IMG/VR virus record: IMGVR_UViG_3300020048_000104
Coordinates: 1 to 64,000 of that record
Source of the DNA: a virus
Lineage: Duplodnaviria; Caudoviricetes
DNA: 64,000 nucleotides
Direction: 5' to 3' (one strand)
How positions within the stretch are numbered: position 1 is the first letter of the stretch; each line of letters starts with the position of its first letter. The position numbers and the translations under genes were made by a program. The notes under the pieces are model-generated. The model saw only the letters and a list, made by a program, of their open reading frames with translations, was not told where the DNA came from and searched no databases. This document shows, piece after piece, positions 56,684-64,000 of this stretch.

Positions 56684-57769
56684 TCATTTTTCTTCAGATT
56701 TACTACGATAATACTTATTAATTTTCTGTAATTCTTCTGGTGCTTTTACTTCATATTCCGATGATTTACCTAATTGTGTATATTGTCCTATTTCACCTAC
56801 AAATAAGAAACTTGCTAATAGATTTGATTCACCATCTCTGTTTTTACAAATCTTAACAAGTCTGTATCTATCTTTGAATCTAGTGATGTCAAAACCTAAA
56901 CATTTATCTACCCCTAGATAAAAAGGACTAGCTATACCTATTACAGTATTTGCATCTTCTGCCATTCCTCCAGTTTCTTTTATGTCGCTCAAAATCGGCA
57001 TCCAGCTATCACCATTATCTCTACGATCCATTTGTTCAGAACCTCTATTGATTTGTGATATTACAACAGGAGAAAAGTTAAACATGTTTCTGAAAAATAC
57101 TAAATGCTTAGATGTTTGATCTATAGCCTCCTTCAAAGTTTTATACTTGCCTTTATTAATTAATCCTGCATGGTCTATTACAATAAGCGTAATAAGATTA
57201 GGATTATTAGGTACATAGCTCTGTACTGTTCCTTCTTCATCTGTAGTTACTTTACCTCTCGACCTAGCATATTTAACAATATCAGTATATAAAGAATCAG
57301 GATTACAAGAAGATCTAAAGAATAAATATTTATTTTGTAATTCAGCTAATTCCTGTTCGTAACTATCAATCAATGCTAATATTTCAGGTCTTATTTTATT
57401 GTTACCCCTTGATAATATTTCATTAACTGTAGTTAGAATATTATGCTCTTTCCATATCTTAGCAGATATAAATTTAGCTATTTGTAATTCAGGAGTAATT
57501 TCTAAACTGTAATAAATTATCTCTAAATCATTTACATGTTCTGGATGTTTTTGCATGTATCTAATAGCACCAAATACATAAGTGCTGTTAACTAGGGCAG
57601 TTTTTCCAATCCCTGTTCCTGCAAATACTAAATCATATCTACCTTGTTGAATATTACAAATGTAATCACTAAAAGTTCCAAAACCATCAAAAGGAATACC
57701 TGTATTTAAACCTTTAACACCTCGCTGAATACTAGATTTTAAACTATCCCATGTTTTGTTCTTTATCAT
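56684..57769 (-). CDS. dnaB: Replicative SF4 (DnaB-like) helicase
   Basis: FAGTGIGKT, YYSLEI, IVIDHAGL, VISQINR, SDIKETGGMAEDAN, KNRDG. Confidence 0.87.
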   Translation of the reverse strand: MIKNKTWDSLKSSIQRGVKGLNTGIPFDGFGTFSDYICNIQQGRYDLVFAGTGIGKTALVNSTYVFGAIRYMQKHPEHVNDLEIIYYSLEITPELQIAKFISAKIWKEHNILTTVNEILSRGNNKIRPEILALIDSYEQELAELQNKYLFFRSSCNPDSLYTDIVKYARSRGKVTTDEEGTVQSYVPNNPNLITLIVIDHAGLINKGKYKTLKEAIDQTSKHLVFFRNMFNFSPVVISQINRGSEQMDRRDNGDSWMPILSDIKETGGMAEDANTVIGIASPFYLGVDKCLGFDITRFKDRYRLVKICKNRDGESNLLASFLFVGEIGQYTQLGKSSEYEVKAPEELQKINKYYRSKSEEK

Positions 57770-57772
57770 AAA

Positions 57773-58507
57773 TTATTTATTAAAATATACCCATGTTTCT
57801 CTGTTCTCATAATAGAAAGCTTTCTCAACAACTTCTTTAGATACACCACTGTTTTCTACAATACCGTCAATATCTTCGCCGTAGAAACCACTGCAACTGT
57901 CGTGGTGATTCCACTCAAGCTCATCGTCTACATTTTCAAATATACCAGCATCAAAGTCTTCTCTAGTGAGCTTCACCATTTCTGTAGCTTTTTCAATTGT
58001 AAATCTGTAAACATCACCCCAAGCCCAAGCATCAAATAGTTTTTCAGAACCTTCTAATATCTCTTTATGCTTACGTCTATCACATCCCGTGCGTTCATAG
58101 AAATCATCAGTTAAGACTAATAACACATCAGCCCAATCTCCTTGAATGTATCCCTTTGATTGATGATAAGAATGTTGTATCTTAAATATTTCACAAAGTT
58201 CTTTTAATTGAAAAACGCTTAAACTATTACAAATTCCCCATCTAATTTCATCAGCTTTTTCGTCTTTAGTAAGTTCACGCTCACAAAGATAATCATGGTC
58301 TATCTCTAAGATGTCGCATAAATCTTTTTGATGTTTTATAATTTTTCCGTTTGTTGGAAATTGTTTAACGAACTCTACTATTTTTCCATCACTACAATCA
58401 GTTGCATAATTTCTTCCAAATCTGTAAATTAGTTCAGGCTCACAATCCCAAGCTTCAAATGGATTTTCAGCTTCAACATTGTCTATTTTAATTCTAAACT
58501 TTTCCAT
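57773..58507 (-). CDS. Hypothetical phage protein
   Basis: 244 aa with GYIQGDW, AWAWGDVY and DSCSGFYG motifs. No function assigned. Confidence 0.6.
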   Translation of the reverse strand: MEKFRIKIDNVEAENPFEAWDCEPELIYRFGRNYATDCSDGKIVEFVKQFPTNGKIIKHQKDLCDILEIDHDYLCERELTKDEKADEIRWGICNSLSVFQLKELCEIFKIQHSYHQSKGYIQGDWADVLLVLTDDFYERTGCDRRKHKEILEGSEKLFDAWAWGDVYRFTIEKATEMVKLTREDFDAGIFENVDDELEWNHHDSCSGFYGEDIDGIVENSGVSKEVVEKAFYYENRETWVYFNK

Positions 58508-59081
58508 TATTTTTTCTATTAGCTACTTCATCAAGCATTTTGTATACCATGTCAACAGCTGTTCTAGGAGCTTGTTCTAACACTACTGAATTGTTTTCAA
58601 TCAATGTAATCATTGTACTAAAACACAAATGTTCTACGTTAAAAAGACTCTCAGTGATATGTTGAACAGGAGAAGTATTAATCATAGATTCTTCATAACT
58701 ACGTTCAAAAACCCAACCATCTTCTGAAGGAGGTTTGTTTTCAATTTCTTCTTCCTTTTCACACACAGGTTCATCTTCTACTTTTTTCTCTGTTAGACTT
58801 TTATTGTATTCTATAATACCATCTAATACATCATTTATAGTTTCTCTATCTAAAGGACAAGGTTGCCATGCTTCATCTTCACGTTTCCAGACATACACAC
58901 CATTTCTAACTTTATCTACAACACCTAATCGTACAAGCATTTTAAAGAAAGAACTGTTAATTTTATACTCTCTGGATATACTTTCAAATTTCACATACTT
59001 GTTACTTTTAATAGCTGTATATAAAGCTAATGATGCGTTGTAGTATTTTTCTACTACTGTTTTACTTCTTTTATTGCTCAT
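58494..59081 (-). CDS. Hypothetical protein, possible N-terminal winged helix
   Basis: ISREYKINSSFFKMLVRLGVVDKVRNGVYVW resembles a wHTH wing. Confidence 0.5.
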   Translation of the reverse strand: MSNKRSKTVVEKYYNASLALYTAIKSNKYVKFESISREYKINSSFFKMLVRLGVVDKVRNGVYVWKREDEAWQPCPLDRETINDVLDGIIEYNKSLTEKKVEDEPVCEKEEEIENKPPSEDGWVFERSYEESMINTSPVQHITESLFNVEHLCFSTMITLIENNSVVLEQAPRTAVDMVYKMLDEVANRKNNGKV

Positions 59082-59349
59082 CTATTTTGTTGTTAATTTG
59101 TTCTAATATAAATAATAAATCATCTGTGCAAAAACTCTTTAATGACACATCTTCAGAATCTAACCATACATCTGTTTTTGTAATATGTAAACTCATAGGA
59201 TCATCAATGTCTAAAGGTTGGTGATAGCCAAAATTGTCAATAATTATTTCTTCATCTTCCAATAATAGGATAGCCTTATTAATTTCATCAATTAATCCTA
59301 TCCTCATTACCATTAATATGCTGTCAAAACAGCTTTGTAAATCACTCAT
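59071..59349 (-). CDS. Hypothetical protein
   Basis: 92 aa ORF in the operon. Confidence 0.5.
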   Translation of the reverse strand: MSDLQSCFDSILMVMRIGLIDEINKAILLLEDEEIIIDNFGYHQPLDIDDPMSLHITKTDVWLDSEDVSLKSFCTDDLLFILEQINNKIDEQ

Positions 59350-59352
59350 AGT

Positions 59353-59916
59353 TTAAATATTTGTTGAGTTCCATGTTTTTCCTTCTTCTCCAGCAGTATC
59401 TACTAAAGCTTCCCAGTTTTCCCAAGTAGCATTATTCAATACTGTTTCAATATTAGGTAAGAATTGCAGTTTATTGGATGCTTTTTGCAAAGCTACAAAT
59501 GCTTCTGTTGCACGTATAGCTTGAGAGTGTTGGTCCTTAGTTTTAATTTTTTTAAGGTATTTTTCTTTATGTTTTTTATAAAGTAGTGCTTTTGATGAGG
59601 TAGCTCGTAATACTCTATTTCCTACTTTAATAGGATATATGTGATACCATTCATCAAAATCTACTAATTCAACATGTATATCTAATAATCTTTCAACTTC
59701 TACTTTACTAATTATAGTATTAGGAGGAGTTACTGAATTATCAGAAAGAATATACTTTGTATTAAGTAAACTATCTCGGACCTCAGATACTTGCTTTTTA
59801 GTAAGCATCTGTAGAATGTAATTAAAATCCTTATAATAAACAGCATGTAAGAACATGAACTGATAAGGATTAAGTTTATTATCTACTAATTTTTCAATAC
59901 TAATATGTGTAATCAT
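59353..59916 (-). CDS. Putative replication initiator / helicase-loader-like protein
   Basis: FDEWYHIYPIKVG and C-terminal ETVLNNATWE pattern; lies upstream of the DnaB-like helicase. Confidence 0.45.
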   Translation of the reverse strand: MITHISIEKLVDNKLNPYQFMFLHAVYYKDFNYILQMLTKKQVSEVRDSLLNTKYILSDNSVTPPNTIISKVEVERLLDIHVELVDFDEWYHIYPIKVGNRVLRATSSKALLYKKHKEKYLKKIKTKDQHSQAIRATEAFVALQKASNKLQFLPNIETVLNNATWENWEALVDTAGEEGKTWNSTNI

Positions 59917-60134
59917 AACTCAAGATAATGTACACCATCTAATATAAATTGATTGATTTGTATTACTTCTTTAGTCAATTTATATTCTTCACAGATTGAT
60001 TTACACTGATCTATTTCATATTGAGAACTAGATTCATCATGTGCAATCATTGAAGGTGTTACGAATTTTTTAATTAATTCTTTAGCTTTAAAAGATAATA
60101 AGGAAGGCATGTATTCTACTACTATTCTACTCAT
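59913..60134 (-). CDS. Hypothetical protein
   Basis: 73 aa with ATGA overlaps on both sides. Confidence 0.5.
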   Translation of the reverse strand: MSRIVVEYMPSLLSFKAKELIKKFVTPSMIAHDESSSQYEIDQCKSICEEYKLTKEVIQINQFILDGVHYLEL

Positions 60135-61213
60135 ATAAATTTAATTTTAGATTTGTTAAATCCTTCTAATGCAGAATGCATCCATACTTCATCTTGAGTA
60201 TCTTTTAAATACACAATATAAATAGTTGCTTTCTTATCATTTTCCAGATTCATTGTTCTTAATGCTTGTTGAATAAATAAAGACTCATTACTCTTTACTT
60301 GATTGAATACAGCTACTTTTAAATCAGGAATGGTTATACCCATTGATACCATAGACACTACAGATAGTTTATTTACAGTTCCTTCTATAAACTGACTTAA
60401 TGTATCTTCTTTAGATTTACTATGATAACTTTTATCACCAATAGAATCAGCAACTTCTTGTAATCCTGTAAATACTAAACACCTATCAACATCTTTTATC
60501 AACTCTAATGTTTTATTGATTTTAGTACGAGATTCATAAATGATTGTTTTCCTTCTTGAAATAATAGATTTACGTAGATGAAAGTCACCTCTAGCTTCTA
60601 TGTTTTTATACCTATTATTCCAATAAGTATAAGCTGCTTTTTCAGTTTGCTCGAAGGATGTTTTATCATTTCCTGCTTTAATATAAGCCTCTTCAGTGTC
60701 TAATTCGCAACCTACACAAATAATTTCATAATCTGCTATAATTCCATCAGCAATAGCTTCTTCAAAACTATAGTTGTATAAAGTATTAATTTTCAATATA
60801 TTATGAAGCAATACTTCTTTTACTTCAGGAAGTGTACCAGTAAGTCCTAATATTCTACTACCTTTTAATTGATGTTTTCTTATGTGTGAGATTACTTTAT
60901 CGTTGTACTCATGTATTTCATCACATACTATTAGATGATAGCTCTCGTTCAATTTTTTAATAGAATTACTCCAACATAAAGTATATGATATTTTATCAGA
61001 TAATCCCCATTTCTTTATTTCCTGTTTCCAGGATGTTAAGATAGGTAATTTAGGAGCAAGTATCAATACATTTATAGGAGTCTTTATATTATTCATTGCA
61101 TCAATAGCAACTTTTGTTTTTCCAACACGAGGGCTAATATGTACCAATCCGTTATATTTGTTTTCAATAATTAAATCAGTAGCTTCTTTTTGTTTAATTG
61201 CTCTAATATCCAT
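60131..61213 (-). CDS. SF2 helicase (DExH)
   Basis: SPRVGKT, IVCDEIH, LGLTGT, SMGITIP, QQALRTM. Confidence 0.82.
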   Translation of the reverse strand: MDIRAIKQKEATDLIIENKYNGLVHISPRVGKTKVAIDAMNNIKTPINVLILAPKLPILTSWKQEIKKWGLSDKISYTLCWSNSIKKLNESYHLIVCDEIHEYNDKVISHIRKHQLKGSRILGLTGTLPEVKEVLLHNILKINTLYNYSFEEAIADGIIADYEIICVGCELDTEEAYIKAGNDKTSFEQTEKAAYTYWNNRYKNIEARGDFHLRKSIISRRKTIIYESRTKINKTLELIKDVDRCLVFTGLQEVADSIGDKSYHSKSKEDTLSQFIEGTVNKLSVVSMVSMGITIPDLKVAVFNQVKSNESLFIQQALRTMNLENDKKATIYIVYLKDTQDEVWMHSALEGFNKSKIKFI

Positions 61214-61473
61214 TATTGTAAAACATTTACACGAATTAGTGACTTAGATAAACATAATACAGCATCTTCTATTCTATGATGAATTAGATACTCATTAGAC
61301 GTATATCGTTTTTTAGAATCTCCTATTGGTGCACATACTGTAATTATTTCATCAGCATGACTTTCATAAGTTTTTACTTTACAAGGTACTATTACTCTAT
61401 TTTTAACAGTAAGGTAATTTTTATGAACTAGGAATACTGTTTTACCAACAGGATAAATATAGACTGTTTTCAT
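61213..61473 (-). CDS. Hypothetical protein
   Basis: 86 aa, TAATG-coupled. Confidence 0.5.
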   Translation of the reverse strand: MKTVYIYPVGKTVFLVHKNYLTVKNRVIVPCKVKTYESHADEIITVCAPIGDSKKRYTSNEYLIHHRIEDAVLCLSKSLIRVNVLQ

Positions 61474-61679
61474 ACTCTAAATTGTTTTTTAAAATCTTCA
61501 AATGACATATCTACATGATCTACTCTAAAATTAGGAACTTTAACAGGTTCTTTTACTTCTGGAAGTTCATTTATTTTTGTTAATACATGAGTTAATGCAT
61601 CACGAGTATACGTATTTGAGAATTGTATTATTTCTTTTTGTATTACAGATAATACTTGTGTTTTATCAACTAATTTCAT
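61470..61679 (-). CDS. Hypothetical protein
   Basis: 69 aa, ATGA-coupled. Confidence 0.5.
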   Translation of the reverse strand: MKLVDKTQVLSVIQKEIIQFSNTYTRDALTHVLTKINELPEVKEPVKVPNFRVDHVDMSFEDFKKQFRV

Positions 61680-61681
61680 AA

Positions 61682-62248
61682 TTAATAAGAAGCGTAACCA
61701 AAAAATACATATTCACCAGGTGCTTCTTTTGGTGATTTTTTGTAATTAATTTTAGCAACTATATTACTACCTGAAGTTTTATCTAAAACTCTTGAAATTT
61801 TTACAATCGTAGATTCTCCAGTTTTTTCACTATAAGCTCTAGCTTCTTTGACAGCGTCTGCTTTGTTATCATGTACTTTACCTTGCCATCCTGGATATTC
61901 TGTTCTAGGAATATAAACTAAATTCCATTTACGAGTTCCTTTAAATACAGAATGCTCAACAACAGATTTAACTTTGTTTGTGTTACCAACAGGTTCTTGT
62001 ATGCAAATACCTTGAGCACCATCATGTTTACTTAAATCACCAGCTTCTTCATTATCAATAAATTGCTGTAATGATAGTTTAGTTCTTTTCCACTCAGATG
62101 TAATATCTGTAAATCCTGCTGATGAATTGATTTGTCCAGAATATCCTTCTTGATGTCCATATTCATCATTTGCTTGTTCTACTAACTTATTATACGCTTC
62201 TTGTATTGATTTTGCTCTTGTACTATTTTGAAAAAATTGTGCTCCCAT
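61682..62248 (-). CDS. Hypothetical phage protein
   Basis: 188 aa containing EYGHQEGYSGQI. Confidence 0.6.
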   Translation of the reverse strand: MGAQFFQNSTRAKSIQEAYNKLVEQANDEYGHQEGYSGQINSSAGFTDITSEWKRTKLSLQQFIDNEEAGDLSKHDGAQGICIQEPVGNTNKVKSVVEHSVFKGTRKWNLVYIPRTEYPGWQGKVHDNKADAVKEARAYSEKTGESTIVKISRVLDKTSGSNIVAKINYKKSPKEAPGEYVFFGYASY

Positions 62249-62262
62249 ACTTTTTAATTTTA

Positions 62263-62297
62263 AAAACTGCGAGATTCTCGAAAAATCTCGCAGTTTT
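62263..62297. terminator. Perfect 14-bp inverted repeat (terminator or processing site)
   Basis: AAAACTGCGAGATT-ctcgaaa-AATCTCGCAGTTTT in the 62249-62311 gap. Confidence 0.7.
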
Positions 62298-62311
62298 GAT
62301 TAAACATTTAA

Positions 62312-62791
62312 TTAATCTTCTATTGCTCCATTCATAGGAGCTCTTGAAATTTCTTTATCAAGTTCTTCTTCATAAGGAAAAATATCCACAATAGGAGAAA
62401 CTGATACACCTGTAATTTCAAAATCAACCATCATAGAAGATAGGTGTTCTTTAAGGTTATCATTTCCTTCTTTTACAGAACCTGCTGCAACTAAAAATGT
62501 TTGTCTTACTTTTTTAGATTTACCACCATCTTCAGCACTACCTTCAAACACAATTTTAGCATCATACCAAGTATCTGCTTCAGGATTACTGAATACATCA
62601 TGTAATTCAGTACGAGTGATAGCTACTACTTGAAATTCACCTCTGATCATCTGACCTAATTCTTCATAGATTCTGTTTTCAGCATCACCAAAAGTCATAG
62701 CTGTTAATAAATAAGGTTCTGTTACCCTTTTGAAAGTACCATTCTCTAATTGCTTAGTGTACTTTACTTTTACTGTAAACCAATTGTTCAT
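62312..62791 (-). CDS. DUF4494-like Bacteroidota protein
   Basis: WFTVKVKY...KRVTEPYL...FGDAENRI...WYDAKI...FLVAA matches my recollection of DUF4494. Confidence 0.65.
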   Translation of the reverse strand: MNNWFTVKVKYTKQLENGTFKRVTEPYLLTAMTFGDAENRIYEELGQMIRGEFQVVAITRTELHDVFSNPEADTWYDAKIVFEGSAEDGGKSKKVRQTFLVAAGSVKEGNDNLKEHLSSMMVDFEITGVSVSPIVDIFPYEEELDKEISRAPMNGAIED

Positions 62792-64000
62792 ATTACTTGT
62801 TTTATTTGATTACTTAATAATGTTACATAGTCTTTATAAATTAAATTTTTATCAGAACTATCTAATCTGTATTGTTCTTTTACTATTTCCCACAAATCTG
62901 CTTCAGTAAAGTCATTAGATACATAAAGACATGATTCTCTTGTATCAGCTAATACTTTATAAGAATTAGAAATAATTGATTCTTTAACAGGATATTTTAA
63001 TTCTATGTTGTAAGAATCACATATTTTAAGAACAGCTTCTGCAAAAGATAATTGTATTTCTACAGGCTCTTCAACCATTACTTTTTCAGCATACCATTCA
63101 TTACTTGATGATAATTTACGTTTACCTAATTCAAATCTTCTATCTGTGTACATATCACCAAGGATTCGTGATGATAAAGCAGGTAGTTCTTTTAATACAT
63201 GTAACTCATTAATTACATGTACCCATTGATCTGAATAAGTACCATAATCTACTATTCTTGATTCTACAAAATTTTCGTCATAATTAGCTATAAATTCAAG
63301 TACGTATTCTGGTTTATCAAATGATCTGATAGCATAAGAAATATCTATTTCTACATTAGTAATATTTAATAACTGTCTTCTTTCATCTAATGTACCATCA
63401 CTGATTTCATATAAATACATACTTTGTTTTTCAGGATCTGAGTAAACTAACACACCATTTTTATAAATCCTATAAGATTTATCAGGTAATGTATTATGGT
63501 AAATCTTTACATTGTTATACTTATGAAAATAAAAATGATCATTGATGAAATAAGAATCCCAATTATCTAAGATGTCTGATACTTTATCATGAGAAGCATC
63601 TATTAATATCTGAGTATCTAAATTATAATCATCACTCATGTAATTAAGAACTTCTCCTCCTTCATCTATACAATTTGAAAAAAGTTCTCTAATAGCCATC
63701 CAGAAATCCCAATCAAATCCTAAGTTAACAGCAAATGCACTTGTGAAGAATTTATTTTCTCCTGTCATCCAGTTGTGTTGCTTGATTCGTATAAGGTTTT
63801 TTGACTTACCATCTTCAGATTTTAAATATTCAGAAAAAGTATATTTGAAACCACCTGTGAGTATTTCGAAATCTACATTGTTTCTAACAAGAATAGATAT
63901 AGCATACTTTAATCCTGAGTCAAATTGTCCTATTTTAGAAGAATCTGTTCTCTTAGAAGAATCTCCCATAGTTGTTAAATCTAACAAGGATATGATACTA
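62788..64000 (-). CDS. GHKL (HATPase/Hsp90-like) ATPase domain protein, 5' truncated by window
   Basis: LTTMGDSSKR...KIGQFDSGLKYAI, plus AIRELFSNCIDEG. The frame stays open to the window edge, so TTG 63987 is not necessarily the start. Confidence 0.65.
   Translation of the reverse strand, partial: SIISLLDLTTMGDSSKRTDSSKIGQFDSGLKYAISILVRNNVDFEILTGGFKYTFSEYLKSEDGKSKNLIRIKQHNWMTGENKFFTSAFAVNLGFDWDFWMAIRELFSNCIDEGGEVLNYMSDDYNLDTQILIDASHDKVSDILDNWDSYFINDHFYFHKYNNVKIYHNTLPDKSYRIYKNGVLVYSDPEKQSMYLYEISDGTLDERRQLLNITNVEIDISYAIRSFDKPEYVLEFIANYDENFVESRIVDYGTYSDQWVHVINELHVLKELPALSSRILGDMYTDRRFELGKRKLSSSNEWYAEKVMVEEPVEIQLSFAEAVLKICDSYNIELKYPVKESIISNSYKVLADTRESCLYVSNDFTEADLWEIVKEQYRLDSSDKNLIYKDYVTLLSNQIKQVI

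Noticed and set aside
482-59224. Short opposite-strand or alternate-frame ORFs from the track (e.g. 482..679, 2926..3108, 4087..4305, 5747..5962, 8231..8542, 9340..9687, 12708..12893, 13201..13488, 17043..17243, 22953..23144, 23878..24219, 26636..26827, 28023..28274, 29157..29486, 31941..32156, 32051..32260, 39005..39238, 46396..46593, 46621..46803, 52572..52775, 53092..53331, 56536..56721, 58735..59043, 59030..59224)
   Set aside because: They are nested within or antisense to well-supported genes and have no motifs; they are the expected shadow ORFs of biased codon usage.
1-64000. Stop-codon reassignment (TAG to Gln or TGA to Trp) as in some crAss-like phages
   Set aside because: Multi-kilobase ORFs are intact in code 11, and TAG/TGA serve as real stops with coupled downstream starts.
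1-64000. CRISPR array, tRNA genes, reverse transcriptase/DGR, integrase
   Set aside because: None recognised by eye. Intergenic space is minimal and I saw no repeat-spacer or cloverleaf pattern. tRNAscan-SE and a repeat search would be needed to exclude them formally.

Overview
The window is part of an AT-rich crAss-like (Crassvirales-type) phage genome, probably infecting a Bacteroidota host, and reads cleanly in genetic code 11. The + strand (1-42185) is the virion module: end of the major capsid gene, ring and auxiliary capsid genes, tail hub and fibre cassette, a five-gene lysis cassette (u-spanin-like lipoprotein, two holin-like proteins, patatin phospholipase, GH19 endolysin), further rings, muzzle, and large ejected cargo proteins including a virion RNA polymerase. 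The - strand (42232-64000) is the replication and nucleotide module: ThyX, ATP-dependent ligase, UDG, PD-(D/E)XK nuclease, RusA-like resolvase, SF1/SF2/SF4 helicases, primase, Sak4-like ATPase and a GHKL ATPase cut by the window edge. The two blocks converge on a bidirectional terminator. Mobile elements are a LAGLIDADG intein in the RNAP, an HNH intein in ThyX, a group I intron with a GIY-YIG endonuclease that splits the SF1 helicase (shown as unrelated ORFs in the track), and a free-standing NUMOD4-HNH-AP2 endonuclease. The most unusual signals are: (i) the vRNAP motifs appear divided between two giant genes with a ferritin gene coupled in the gap; (ii) cysteines placed at the facing termini of consecutive cargo proteins that are otherwise almost Cys-free; (iii) a UDG with a natural Ala at the human Y147 position; (iv) a patatin gene coupled inside the lysis cassette; (v) a candidate kissing-loop RNA upstream of the HNH endonuclease. 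All family assignments come from motif recognition by eye; no database search was run.
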